NCBI GenBank assembly: GCA_049840775.1
Contig: JASGJJ010000005.1
Span: 1,453,762 to 1,517,761, forward strand
Length of the DNA: 64,000 nt
DNA from: Tepidisphaeraceae bacterium
Lineage (GTDB): Bacteria > Planctomycetota > Phycisphaerae > Tepidisphaerales > Tepidisphaeraceae
Direction: 5' to 3'
This document shows positions 28,639 through 38,963 of this stretch, one piece after another. Below the pieces are notes generated by a model that ran no database searches, was not told where the DNA came from, and saw only the letters and a program-made list of their open reading frames with translations. The stretch's first letter is position 1, and every line of letters begins with the position of its first letter. A program made the position numbers and the translations under genes.

Positions 28639-30341
28639 ATGCTGCGTGAACTTCACATCTCTAATCTCGCTGTGATCGCCGACGCGCGGATCGAACTGGC
28701 GTCGGGCCTGAATTGTTTCACGGGCGCGACGGGGGCCGGCAAGTCGCTGGTGATCGGCGCGATCGAGTTGCTGCTGGGCTTGCGGAGTCCGTCGGACATG
28801 CTGCGTCGCGGGCGCCGACGAAGGCCGGGTCAGTCGGCGTGTTCGATGTGAAGGACAAGCGGCTGCTGAAGCAGATCGAAGAAGCCTGCGACATGAAGCT
28901 GGCCGGCGACGGCGAGGTGCTGCTGACGCGTCGCCTCTACGCCAGCGGCCGAAGTGGCGTGAGCCTCAACGGCAGCCCGATCACGCTGGCGATGCTGAAA
29001 AACGTGGCCGAGACGCTTGTCGACGTTCACGGCCAGCACGACCACCAATTCCTGCTTCGGCCGAGCAATCAGATGGCGGTCATCGACGAGTTCGCCGGGC
29101 TCATGCCGTTGCGGGAATCGTACGGAAAAACCTTCGGCGAACTGGCGGCGATCAAGCACCGCCTCGCTGAACTCGCGGCCGGCACGCAGCTTGCGCGAAC
29201 AGCAGCTCGATTTTGTCCGCTACCAATTGGCCGAGCTTGATAAGGCCGATCCCAAACCCGGTGAATACGAGCAGCTAACGGGCCGGCGCAGGTGCTGAAC
29301 AACGTCGACCGCATCCGCAAAGACGCGGCCGGCGTTCACGGGGCCCTCTACGAAGCCGACGACGCCCTGCTCGATCGCCTGCAGACGATGGCCAACACGC
29401 TCGCCGAACTGGCCGGCGTCGATCCGCAACTGCTGGCGGTGGCGAACACGGTGAAAGAAGCGTCGGTGCAACTCGGCGAAGCGTCGTTCGACCTCGGCCG
29501 GTATTTGAATCGGCTGGAGATCGACCCGGAAGAACTCGCCGAGGTGAACGAACGGCTGAATGTCCTCAATCGCGTGCTGAAAAAATTCGGCCCGACGATT
29601 GACGATGCCCTCGCCAAGCGCGACGACCTGCGCAGCCAACTCACGTCACTCGAACGCGCCGGCGAAGACACGACCGAACTCACCGCGCGCATCAAACCGC
29701 TGACAGACGAGCTGACCAAGATCGGCAAAGAACTGTCGACGAAGCGGAAGAAGGCGGCCGCGGAGTTGAAGCCGCGGATCGAAAACCAGCTCGGTGCGCT
29801 CGGCATGGAGAAGGCGACGTTTTCCGTCGACGTCCGCCCCGCCGAGCCCGGGCCGACCGGGACCGACGACATCGAATTCCTCGTCCGCACGAACCCCGGC
29901 CTCGCCGAGTCGCCGTTGCGGAAGGTCGCCAGCGGCGGCGAAATGAGCCGAATCATGCTCGCGCTCAAAGGCGTGCTGGCCGCGGGCGACCGGGTGAGCG
30001 TGCTGGTGTTCGACGAAATCGACGCGAACATCGGCGGACGACTCGGGGCGATCATCGGCGAAAAACTGCGGTCGCTCGCGGAGCATCATCAGGTGCTGTG
30101 CATCACGCACTTGCCGCAGATCGCCTGCTACGCCGATCGGCATTTGACGGTTCGCAAAGAGCAGGACAAGGACAAAACCAAGACGACCGTCCGCGTCATG
30201 GACGGCGACGAACGCATCGAAGAAATCGCCGAAATGATCGGCGGCCACCGCATCACCGACACCACCCGCGCCCAGGCCCGCGAATTGCTCGACACCGCAC
30301 GAGGTGGCAAACCGGGAAGACGGAAAAAGCAGTCGGCGTGA
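28639..30341 (+). CDS. recN: DNA repair protein RecN; about 4 apparent frameshifts
   Basis: MLRELHISNLAVIADARIELASGLNCFTGATGAGKSLVIGA (Walker A) is in ORF 28582..28851. The gene continues in ORFs 28713..29240, 29017..29298 and 29292..30341 (..ASGGEMSRIMLALK.. signature, VLVFDEIDANIGG Walker B). Frame changes lie at ~28808, ~28838, ~29195 and ~29290. Confidence 0.85.
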
Positions 30342-30413
30342 TGTAGGGGCGACGCCTGCGTCGCCCGATCGGCCCGATTGACGTTCGCGGGCGACGCAGG
30401 CGTCGCCCCTACA
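30342..30413. repeat. Nested-palindrome repeat, copy A (GTAGGGGCGAC-N6-GTCGCCC family)
   Basis: 30342-30366 TGTAGGGGCGACGCCTGCGTCGCCC is the exact reverse complement of 30389-30413 GGGCGACGCAGGCGTCGCCCCTACA. Each arm is itself a hairpin (GGGCGACG/CGTCGCCC). The 22-nt spacer is ~17/22 identical to that of copy C. Confidence 0.9.
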
Positions 30414-30415
30414 AA

Positions 30416-30832
30416 ATCAGGTAATGCTCGCCGGCTCGGGCGGCTTGGCGCATCGAGCCATTCGGGAATTTGCTGCACTTCGCCGTTTCGGTCGACGCAG
30501 GCGATCGTCGTCGACGCTTCGGCCAGTAAAGTCGGGCCGCGTTTGAGTTCGTAGGTGTGGTCGTAGCGGACGTGTGTTCGCTTTACCAGTTTGGTGACGA
30601 GTGCTAATTCATCGTCGTACCGCGCCGGCGAGCGGTATTTCACCTCGGCCTTGATGACGACGAAGAAAATGCCGTTCTTTTCCAGCTCGGCGTAGCTGTG
30701 CCCGAGCGACCGCAGCAGCTCCACGCGGCCGATCTCGAAGTATTGCAGATACCGGCTGTGATGCAGATACCCCATGCCATCGACTTCCGGGTAGCGGACG
30801 CGCAAATTCACGGTCTGTTCGAGCAGTGACAT
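30416..30832 (-). CDS. Acyl-CoA thioesterase (4HBT / YbgC-like hotdog fold); the 3' end is uncertain
   Basis: ATG 30832 gives MSLLEQTVNLRVRYPEVDGMGYLHHSRYLQYFEIGRVELL..IFFVVIKAEVKYRSPARYDDEL..ACVDRNGEVQQIPEWL. The track frame (ORF 30128..31408) has no stop and reads through repeat copy A. The other two frames stop at 30416-30418 (TGA) and 30409-30411 (TAG), so a 3'-terminal indel is likely. Confidence 0.65.
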
Positions 30833-30890
30833 GGCAGAGTTTATACCGCCGGTTGCGTCGGCGGCGAACCGGTGTAACGTGACGCGGACC

Positions 30891-31568
30891 ATGAACCTGA
30901 AAGAACGTGCCGCCGCCGCCGCGCTGCAGTATGTCAAAAGTGGAATGACGCTCGGCCTCGGCACGGGCTCCACGGCGAAAGTCTTCATCGACCTGCTCGG
31001 CGCCGAAATCAAAGCCGGCCGACTCACCGGCATCCGCGGCGTGCCGACGTCCAACGCCTCCGACGACCAGGCGAAATCGCTCGGCATTGAAATCATCGAC
31101 TTCTCCAAGACCGATTTCTGCGACATCACCATCGACGGTGCCGATGAAATTGACCCGAAATTGAATGTCGTCAAAGGCCTCGGCGGCGCGTTGCTGCGGG
31201 AAAAGGTCGTCGCGCAGCACACGAAAAAGCTCATCATCATCGCCGACGAAAGCAAGATCGTGACCCAACTCGGCACGAAGCAGCCGCTGCCGGTGGAGAT
31301 CACGCCGTTCGCGAAAATCGTCAGCGAAAAATTCCTGAAGTCGATCGGCTGCGTGCCGACGCTCCGCCTGAACGCCGACGGTACGCCGTACGTCACCGAC
31401 AACGCCAATTACATCTTCGACTGCCGATTCCAAAAGATCGACGACCCGGCCGCCCTCGACCGGCAACTGCGCTCGCGGGCGGGCATCGTGGAAACCGGCC
31501 TGTTCGTCGGCATGGCGGCAGTGGCGATCGTCGGCAAGCCCGACGGCGTCGACACGCTGACGCGGTGA
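30891..31568 (+). CDS. rpiA: Ribose-5-phosphate isomerase A
   Basis: ATG 30891 gives MNLKERAAAAALQYVKSGMTLGLGTGSTA..ITIDGADEID..VKGLGGALLREKVV.. Confidence 0.9.
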   Translation: MNLKERAAAAALQYVKSGMTLGLGTGSTAKVFIDLLGAEIKAGRLTGIRGVPTSNASDDQAKSLGIEIIDFSKTDFCDITIDGADEIDPKLNVVKGLGGALLREKVVAQHTKKLIIIADESKIVTQLGTKQPLPVEITPFAKIVSEKFLKSIGCVPTLRLNADGTPYVTDNANYIFDCRFQKIDDPAALDRQLRSRAGIVETGLFVGMAAVAIVGKPDGVDTLTR

Positions 31569-31573
31569 CGGCG

Positions 31574-32308
31574 TCAGTCGTTTGACCAGCCGCGAATCAC
31601 CAGTTCGCCGCCTTCGCTCCAGACGCGGCAGGCGATTGCCGACCGGTTCATGACGCAGCAATAATCCACGTCCGGCAAAAGCTCCGCGGCCCGCAGGTTT
31701 CGCGACGAAAACGTCTGGTGAAATACGGCCGACAGTTGTTCCTGGCTTTGCTGCCAGAGTAATTTGGCGATGACGGCGGTGTCGTTGTCGAGCGAAACGC
31801 CGTCGCCGAGCGCGTCGATGACGGCACCGCAGCCGAGCAGGTCTTCCAGCGACACTTCGCCTTGCGTGCCGGAGCCGATGAGGGTGACCGGCAGGTTCGC
31901 GCGGCGCACGGCGGCAGCGGTCGCGGCGGCGTTGGCGAGACTGCCGGTCAGCAGCACGTCGGCGGTGCGGGCGGCGACGAGCGCACGCGTGCCATTCGTC
32001 GTCGCCATCAGGATCGTCTTGCCCCGGCAGCGGTCGGCGGAAAAATCACGCGGGCTGTTGCCCAGGTCAAAATCCGTCGGCCGAAGGGCGTTGGTCTCGC
32101 CGGCGAGCAGGTTCGGCCCGGCGAACGCCTGGGCGGCGGTTTTGGCGAGATCGAGCGTCCCATAAACGCGGATCGCCTCGGCCCCGGCGGCCACGGCGGC
32201 GGCGATGGTCGTCGTCGCCCGCAGCACATCGAACACCACCGCCGTCCGGCCGGAAAGGTCGGATTCCTTCAACAACACCGGCAACGACAGCACGCGGACG
32301 GAAAGCAT
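31574..32308 (-). CDS. comB: 2-phosphosulfolactate phosphatase family protein
   Basis: The ORF is 244 aa. It reads ..TAVVFDVLRATTTIAAAVAAGA..LLAGETN..DFDLGNSPRDF..ILMATTNGTRAL.. Confidence 0.75.
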   Translation of the reverse strand: MLSVRVLSLPVLLKESDLSGRTAVVFDVLRATTTIAAAVAAGAEAIRVYGTLDLAKTAAQAFAGPNLLAGETNALRPTDFDLGNSPRDFSADRCRGKTILMATTNGTRALVAARTADVLLTGSLANAAATAAAVRRANLPVTLIGSGTQGEVSLEDLLGCGAVIDALGDGVSLDNDTAVIAKLLWQQSQEQLSAVFHQTFSSRNLRAAELLPDVDYCCVMNRSAIACRVWSEGGELVIRGWSND

Positions 32309-32421
32309 CCGCCCGTTGTACCCCTCCCGGTGCCGCCCGGCCAGACCACTTTCAAAAGCGGCAAACAGGTTGCTGTTTCTTGTCCGGCGGGATTAAAAAC
32401 CATACGATACAAAACGTTCCT

Positions 32422-33210
32422 ATGAGCACTCCCTCGTCAGCCCCGTCGGCCAGCGTCTCTTCCACGATCGTCATCCGTATCAAGCGGCAGGACGGCCCGA
32501 ACAAGCCGAGCCGCTGGGAAGAGTTCAGCGTGCCCAAGCGGCCGAACATGAACATCATCTCGGCGCTCCAATACATCGCCGCGAACCCGACGACGACCGA
32601 CGGCAAGAACACCACCACGCCCGTCTGGGACAGCGGCTGCCTGGAAGAAGTCTGCGGCGCCTGCACGATGGTCATCAACGGCAAGGTGCGCCAGAGCTGC
32701 TCGGCACTGATCGATAGAATTTCCCCCGACGGCAGCCCGATTTCGCTCGAGCCGATGACCAAGTTCCCGCTCGTCCGCGATCTGTGGGTTGACCGCACCC
32801 GACTGTTCAACGACCTCACGAAAGTGAAAGCGTGGGTGCCGATCGACAGCACCTACGACCTCGGCGCCGGCCCGCCCGTCAGCCAGGAACTGCAGGACGA
32901 GCGCTACCCGCTCAGCCGCTGCATCAGCTGCGGCTGCTGCCTGGAAGCCTGCCCGCAGTACACGCCGACGAATCACTTCGTCGGTGCTGCCGTCATCAGC
33001 CAGGCGCGGCTGTTCAACGACCACCCCACGGGTGCCGCTTTGAAGGACGAACGCCTGCAGGCGTTGATGGAAGACGGCGGCGTCCACGAGTGCGGCAAAG
33101 CCGGCAACTGCGTGCAGGTCTGCCCCAAAGAAATCCCGCTCCTCGAAAGCATCGCCGCCGTCCAACGGCAGGCGACGGTCTACTCGATCAAGCGGTTCTT
33201 CTCGAAGTAG
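32422..33210 (+). CDS. sdhB: Succinate dehydrogenase/fumarate reductase iron-sulfur subunit
   Basis: It uses ATG 32422 inside ORF 32380..33210. The three cluster motifs are SGCLEEVCGACTMVINGKVRQSC (2Fe-2S), CISCGCCLEACP (4Fe-4S) and CGKAGNCVQVCP (3Fe-4S). Confidence 0.85.
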   Translation: MSTPSSAPSASVSSTIVIRIKRQDGPNKPSRWEEFSVPKRPNMNIISALQYIAANPTTTDGKNTTTPVWDSGCLEEVCGACTMVINGKVRQSCSALIDRISPDGSPISLEPMTKFPLVRDLWVDRTRLFNDLTKVKAWVPIDSTYDLGAGPPVSQELQDERYPLSRCISCGCCLEACPQYTPTNHFVGAAVISQARLFNDHPTGAALKDERLQALMEDGGVHECGKAGNCVQVCPKEIPLLESIAAVQRQATVYSIKRFFSK

Positions 33211-33226
33211 CCCGCAAAGCGGTCCG

Positions 33227-33790
33227 TTGAATCCGATTTACCGAGCAATACTCGTTGCGCAAGCCAAAGGTAAAAGCAATTGCTCTAGTAGCACTCGCGC
33301 TGCGCTACCGGCCGCATTCATTCTGATCATTCTATTTGGACCTGAAGCACAGCAAGCCAGACGGCAAGCCAAACAAATTCAATGTTCGACCAATTTGCGA
33401 AAGATTGGTCTTGCATTCCAGGCATATATCAACGCCGATCGTAACGGAGACTTTCCGCCCGATTTGCCGACGCTGGTTGTGTCTCAAGAACTAAGTGCTG
33501 ATGTTTTTCTGGACCCTGCCGACCCTAGCAGACGAACCGAAGTCGGTCCGGTCAACAATTGGGCGTCTAAAATCGTGCCTGGTTCTGATCACTGCGATTA
33601 CATCTACCCGTATCAATCAGGTTGGAATCAATCGATCAATCCTAAGACGATCGTTCTTTACGAGCCATTATCGAGCCATAACGGTGACGGGATCAACGTC
33701 GTCTACGCCGATGGTGAGGTTAATTGGCTGGAGACTGGGGACGCATCGCGTGTTATCGCGTCGATCCAAGGCGGTCACAATCCGCCGTAA
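33227..33790 (+). CDS. DUF1559 / H-X9-DG-type (pseudopilin-like) protein lacking a recognisable prepilin leader; lies in a low-GC islet
   Basis: The ORF starts at TTG and is 187 aa. It has ..FILIILFGPEAQQARRQAKQIQCSTNLRKIGLAFQAY.. and a C-terminal ..SSHNGDGINVVYADGEVNWLE.., but no GFTLIELLVV-type N-terminus. Hand-counted 60-nt samples are ~50-52% GC. Confidence 0.6.
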   Translation: MNPIYRAILVAQAKGKSNCSSSTRAALPAAFILIILFGPEAQQARRQAKQIQCSTNLRKIGLAFQAYINADRNGDFPPDLPTLVVSQELSADVFLDPADPSRRTEVGPVNNWASKIVPGSDHCDYIYPYQSGWNQSINPKTIVLYEPLSSHNGDGINVVYADGEVNWLETGDASRVIASIQGGHNPP

Positions 33791-33829
33791 CGGGCTCGAT
33801 TTTTTCGTCCGAACGCCTATTGTTCTGCC

Positions 33830-34186
33830 ATGCCCAAACTCACCATTGAAGCCGTCGGCGAATTCGAAATCCCGGCCGGTAAGCGGCTCATCAAGGCCAT
33901 TCTCGACGACGCCAAGGCGGACCAGCATTACTCCTGCGGCGGGCAGGCGAAATGCACGTCGTGCAAGGTGCAGTTCATTTCCGGTGAGCCGGCGAAAATC
34001 ACGCAGGCGGAAAAGGATTTGATCGCCATCGGCAAGTTCGCGCCGCAGCCGGGCGAGCGGTTGAGCTGTCAGTGTGTCGTGGATGGGGACGCGACGATCA
34101 AGCTGCTTGTGCCGCGACCGCCGACCAAATTTCCGAACACGCCGAGCGATGAAATTGAACCACCGGCGGTTTGGGTGGATCGCTAA
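33830..34186 (+). CDS. 2Fe-2S ferredoxin-like protein
   Basis: The ORF is 118 aa. The Cys pattern is YSCGGQAKCTSCKV .. RLSCQC (C-x4-C-x2-C ... C). Confidence 0.75.
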   Translation: MPKLTIEAVGEFEIPAGKRLIKAILDDAKADQHYSCGGQAKCTSCKVQFISGEPAKITQAEKDLIAIGKFAPQPGERLSCQCVVDGDATIKLLVPRPPTKFPNTPSDEIEPPAVWVDR

Positions 34187-34371
34187 GCCGCGTCGGCGGC
34201 CGGGGCTTTCTTCTGGCCGGAGAGCGGAACTTTCAGCAGCTTCTGGCAGTGCGAGCAACGCACCACCTGCCCGCGCACGGCGACAGGCACGGCCAGCACC
34301 TTGCGGCAAAGCAGGTGCGGACAGAGCATTTGAAAACTTTCACCCTGAGCCTGTTGCGGTCGGTCTGCCAT
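34183..34371 (-). CDS. Small zinc-ribbon protein
   Basis: It uses ATG 34371 inside ORF 34183..34410. It reads MADRPQQAQGESFQMLCPHLLCRKVLAVPVAVRGQVVRCSHCQKLLKVP.. (CxxxxC...CxxC). It starts 11 nt after the upstream stop. Confidence 0.5.
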   Translation of the reverse strand: MADRPQQAQGESFQMLCPHLLCRKVLAVPVAVRGQVVRCSHCQKLLKVPLSGQKKAPAADAA

Positions 34372-34381
34372 CCCACTTCTT

Positions 34382-35998
34382 TTATCGACCACTCGCGCGG
34401 GTCGCTTCAATTTTTGTCAGCCAGGCGGCCAGCGGCGCGGGAAGGTCCGTAGGCGCGATCAGCGGGTTCTTCGCGAACGGCCGGTAAAGCGGGTCGCCGA
34501 TCAGCACGATTTTCCAGCTCGTCATCGGGCACGTCGCCCAGTACGCCTCGGCGAGCGTCGGCTTTCCTGTGACCAGCAGCGGATAAAATTCGTTCGGCTG
34601 TGGGAACGACGACAAATACGGCTCGGCGACCGCGCCGAGCGTCGCGACGACGCCTTCCTTGATGAGGTTCGGCACCCACCCTTTTTCGCCGCGTGTCGTG
34701 CATGCTCAGCAGCTCATACGACGCCACGTGATACGCCACCGCACCGCGGACAAAATGGCACGACGGGATGTACTGCCGCAGGCTGTACCAGCCGCAATAG
34801 AGGGACGTTTCACGCGTCTGCGGGTCGTGCGGCGGGATGAGGGCTTCGCGGTCGTCGGTGACGACGAGCAGCTTCGTTTTTGTTTTGAAAAACGTGGCGG
34901 CGTCGCGGATCGCCTGGTCAAAAATGCCGTAACCGTCGGGCTTGCCGTCGACCATCAGAGGCTTGCCGCGACTGTCGAACACCGCCACGCCGTGAAGGCC
35001 CTTGGCTTCGACGGCGACAGAGTCGTCGATAATCTTGCCGGCCAGTTCGGCGGTCGGCGCGTCGATTCGGCTGACCATCAGCGTGAGGCCGCCGTCGTTG
35101 CCCGGCGTCTTGAAATTCAGCGGATTGATCTGCCAGCGGTGCCGCGCGAAATCGGGCAGGCAAACCAGCGCAAGCTCACTGTCCACCGCGGCGTCCGTGT
35201 CGGACGTGTCGATGAGCAGAACCTGCTGTTCCAGCACCTGGTAGAGCGCGAACACGCCGGCCTGCTGGGCGACGCCCTGCCGGAGCGATTGCCGGGCGTC
35301 GGCGTCGCGTTGCCTGGCGACGAGGGCGGGCAAATCCGCCGGCTGTGTCGTCGGCGCCGCGCCGAGCATGCCAAGGCGGTTTCGTTGGACTGCTGTTGGG
35401 CGGCTTTGAATTTTTCGACGATCGCCGCCTGCTTGGTGAGGTCAGGCGAGCTTGTCAGCATCGCCTGCACGCGGCGTTGCGTTTCGGCGATGTGCTGGCG
35501 GGCGGACCAGACGTTCGTCGGCCGCGTTTCCGGCGGTGTGACGCCGACGGATTTCGCCGCGTCGTCCATCGTCTGTGCGAGCTTCGGGGCGGCGGCGTCG
35601 AGGTCTGCCATCGCCTTCCGCAGACGCTGCAGTTCCTGCTGATCGGCCGGATTTGCGGGCTGAGCGCCGACGCGCAGCGGCAGGCCGAAAAACGTCACCA
35701 GGCAGCGAACGCCCTTCCCGGCGGGCGTGGCGAGGTAATCGCGAACGGGCTTGGCGATCGTGGCGTTGTACTGATCGAAGGTGAGGTCTTCGCCGGTTTC
35801 TGTGTCGAGCTTGAGAATCCGCTCGGCCGGCACGCCGCGGGCTTTGGCGTACTGTTCGGCGAGTGCCAGTGATTGCGGCACTTTGGAATTGACCAGCAGC
35901 AGCAGTTCGTCGGCGCGAAGGTCCGCCCGCGCGGCCGCGACGCTCGTCAGAACGGCGACCGCCGCGGCCAGGCGAACACGTCCGGGCCGAATCCTCAT
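34382..35998 (-). CDS. Secreted conserved hypothetical protein (TIGR03790-like, from memory); two apparent frameshifts
   Basis: ORFs 35117..35998, 34407..35369 and 34382..34675 are colinear. The signal peptide is MRIRPGRVRLAAAVAVLTSVAAARA, followed by LLLLVNSKVPQSLALAEQYAKARGVP. The C-terminus reads ..GAVAEPYLSSFPQPNEFYPLLVTGKPTLAEAYWATCPMTSWKIVLIGDPLYRPF. Frame changes lie at ~35372 and ~34695. Confidence 0.6.
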
Positions 35999-36276
35999 GA
36001 TGCCGGCGTCTGGTTCTGGTCGGCGGGCAGCTGGCCTTGCGCCGATTCAATCATGGCGATCAGCGCCTTGATCTCCTTGATCGATTCCGGGCTGCCCCAC
36101 AGCAGCACCCAGTCGACATGCCAGTTGCAACGCTCGAACGTGCAGCGGTCCAGGTGGTAGACCGTCTCCCGCAGCACCAGCGTGCAGGCCGTGAACGAGC
36201 AGTTGATGAACGCCTGGCCGCTGATATAGACGGTCTGGTTGGTGAAGGTTTCGCCTTCGTGTTTGGTGAGCAGCAC
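35995..36276 (-). CDS. Hypothetical 93-aa protein
   Basis: The ORF overlaps the downstream gene start by 4 nt (ATGA). It is Cys-rich (..FINCSFTACTLVL..LDRCTFERCNW..). I recognise no family. Confidence 0.45.
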   Translation of the reverse strand: MLLTKHEGETFTNQTVYISGQAFINCSFTACTLVLRETVYHLDRCTFERCNWHVDWVLLWGSPESIKEIKALIAMIESAQGQLPADQNQTPAS

Positions 36277-36363
36277 TTTCGAGTTTCCTTTCGACAGGCC
36301 GAATCGTGGCGTGGCGGATAGACTCTGTCAACGCCGATTCGGATCGGTCACGAAGGAGATGCC

Positions 36364-37160
36364 ATGATCGGAATGGTTCTGAAAATCTGGAAATGGATGG
36401 CGATCGGCTTTGTCGTGCTGGTTGTGCTGGTTCTGGTCGGCGTCTGGATGGCGCTCAACGGCCTCGTCCGCCGCGCCGTCGAATACGGGGCCACGACCAG
36501 TCTGCAGACGCCGACCACCGTCGGCTCGGCGAGCCTCTCGCCGTTCGGCGGCAGCGTCGGCTTGAGCGACCTCGCCGTGGCGTCGCCGGACGGTTTCAGT
36601 GCGCCGCAGATGTTCTCCCTCGGCAAAGTCGACCTCAGCACCGGCGGCTTCGGGCAACTGTTCGGCGGCCCGTTCGCATCGCCCACGTTTCCATTGCCGA
36701 GCCGAAACTGGTGATCGAACAGGCGAACGGCAAGCTGAACCTGGCCGCCCTGACCGACAAACTCAAAGGTAGCGGCGGCGACCAGCCGAAGCCGGCCGGC
36801 GATAAGGACCAGGCCGTTCGCGTGGTGATCGATCAGCTCGACGTCACCAACGCCAGCGTCGCCATTCGGCCCGGCATTCCCGGGCTGGAGCCCGAGTACC
36901 GCGTCACCCTGCCGAGCGTCAGCCTCAAGAACGTCGGCAACGCGACGAACGGCGATAGCGTCGGCAAGGTGCTGCAGGAGGTCGCCGCCACCCTCGCCGC
37001 CAAGGCCGCCGACAACGACAAGGTGCCCGCGAGCGTTCGGCAGCTGCTGTCGCTCGACTTCACCAACCTCGAAGGCCAAGCCAAGGAAAAACTCCAAAAT
37101 GCCACCGAGAAGCTCGACCAGAAACTCGGCGACCTGCTCGGCGGGAAGAAGAAAAAGTAA
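36364..37160 (+). CDS. Membrane-anchored hypothetical protein (AsmA/DUF748-like); one apparent frameshift
   Basis: ATG 36364 gives MIGMVLKIWKWMAIGFVVLVVLVLVGVWMAL (TM anchor). ORF 36364..36714 joins the 3' part of ORF 36306..37160 at ~36675 (..GQLFGGP|VRIAHVSIAEPKLVIEQANGKLNL..VVIDQLDVTNASVAIRPG..). Confidence 0.5.
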
Positions 37161-37170
37161 GCGACGCTTC

Positions 37171-37254
37171 CTGTAGGGGCGACGCAGGCGTCGCCCGGTC
37201 GCTGCGAACATGCACAACTCCGCGGAGCGGGCGACGCAGGCGTCGCCCCTACAG
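37171..37254. repeat. Nested-palindrome repeat, copy B
   Basis: CTGTAGGGGCGACGCAGGCGTCGCCC (37171-37196) pairs with GGGCGACGCAGGCGTCGCCCCTACAG (37229-37254). The arms are inverted except for the central GCAGGC, which has the same orientation in both. The spacer is 32 nt. The copy lies between convergent stops at 37160 and 37262. Confidence 0.9.
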
Positions 37255-37261
37255 AAGACAT

Positions 37262-38778
37262 TCAATCAGCGGCGATTCTCGTGACCGTGTCGCGGCGTTC
37301 GTACACCGTGTTGCCACCGAAGACCTTCACGATTGCGTAGTCGGCCTGAACGGTCGACTGGATGTCGCGCGACGCCGCCAGCCACGCCGTGCCGCGCGCG
37401 GGGCGGCCGGAGAATTCGACGTTCCGCTCGCGCACCAGTTTCCGCCCAGCCGGGCGTGTCCGTTGGCAGCACCACGAACTTCGGACGGCGATTGTGGAGG
37501 TCATCACACAGCATGCCGCCGTATTTCGTCGGCGACGTGTCGTCGTTCGAAAAGATGAACGTCAGCGGAATGCGCGAGCCGGGTTTCAAGTCGGTCTCGA
37601 CAAGGATGCGGGCGTTTTCGTCAATCCAGACCGAATCGCCGGCGGCGGTGTTCGATTTGATGTAGTCGATCGCCGCCAGGCGGTCAGCCGGTGTCTTCGT
37701 CGAGAGCATCGCGAAGTACGCCCAGAAAACGGCAATGATCAGCACCGGCACGGCATTGACGACGAGCGGGAACGCCTTCACCCGCCGCGGCACGAGGCCG
37801 AACAGCAAGGCGGCGGGCGCGGTGATCGGCAGGAAGTGGTAGCCGTACATGCGGCCCTGCATCGCCACGCCGATGACTTCGACCGCGAACCAGATCAAGG
37901 CGAACCACAGCACCGGCGTGTGCAGATTCGATTCCCGCGGTTCCGCCCAGCGGCGTTCGCCGAGCGACCGCATCACAAACGGCAGGCCGAGCAGGAACAG
38001 GATCGCCAGCGCCTTAAAGCCGACCAGTTGCCAGTGCCAGACACTGTTTTGATTGTAGGTCCGAACCTGCTGGTAGACGGCCGGCAGTGCGGTGATCGCG
38101 CCGCTGAAGACGAGGTAGCCGAGGACGATCATCGCCGGGATCAGCACGCCGACCGCCATCGCCGCGGCGAAACGGAAGCGGGTTTTGGCGGTCAGTTCAC
38201 GCCAGCTGACGACGACCAACCCCGCCGCCGCTAAAACGGCCAGCGCGTTCGGCTTGGCCATCGCGGCAATGCCCGCGACAAGGCCGATCAGAAACGCGTC
38301 GCGCGTGAGTCGGTATTTGCACAGTCGCACGAACAGCCAGGCGGCCACGGCGCACAGCGGCACGGTGAGGTGTTCGAGTTTAAACGCGGAGAAGACGACC
38401 AGCGGGAAGCTCATCCACGCCGCCGCCATCACCGCTGTTGGCAGCAGGCTGCTGCGATGCACCTCGGCAGCCGCTTTGGCGATCGCCCAGACGCCCACAC
38501 ACGCCAGCACCACGCTCAAGAGTGCGTAGCCCGGCCACCACGCGCCGATCAGCTGGTACGGCAGCCACATCACCAGGCTGACGGTCGGCAGCTTGTTGTC
38601 GATCAGCTCAATGCCGATGCGGCCGCCCTGCCCGAGCATCTTGCCCATGTAGACGAACAACTCCATGTCGCCGTCGTACAGCGTGGCGAACGTGCAGCAA
38701 CGCAGCGCCGAGACAAAACGCCAGCACGCAACCGGCGGCCGTGACGGCAGGCTTGGCGACGTTGAGGGAGCGGTCCAC
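37262..38778 (-). CDS. Polytopic membrane glycosyltransferase-like protein (GT39/ArnT/PMT-like); two apparent frameshifts; start uncertain
   Basis: ORF 37266..38819 has more than 10 TM helices (..MAKPNALAVLAAAGLVVV..). The C-terminus continues in ORF 37262..37507 after ~37440 (..TDTPGWAE|LVRERNVEFSGRPARGTAW..). The N-terminal TM helix (..KPAVTAAGCVLAFCLGAALL) lies in the frame of ORF 38608..39012 (~38690). A candidate GTG start is at 38778. Confidence 0.5.
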
Positions 38779-38963
38779 AGTCTGCCTATCGGCCAAATTC
38801 CGGGCGATCTTGCCCGCAAAGTAGTCTGCGGCGGAGAAACACGACAAAAACGGCGAATGCGGTATGATTATCGCCCCATGCACGAGCGTTAGCCGCCCCT
38901 CGCCGCCCTCCCGCCGATGTCGCTTTGCGATTCGAAGTGCCTTTTTCATTTGCCGGACTCGAT

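Noticed and set aside
30128-31408. 426-aa minus-strand ORF
   Set aside because: Only residues from MSLLEQ (30832) to about PEWL look like a real thioesterase. The upstream part is antisense to rpiA, and the downstream part reads through a repeat and antisense to recN.
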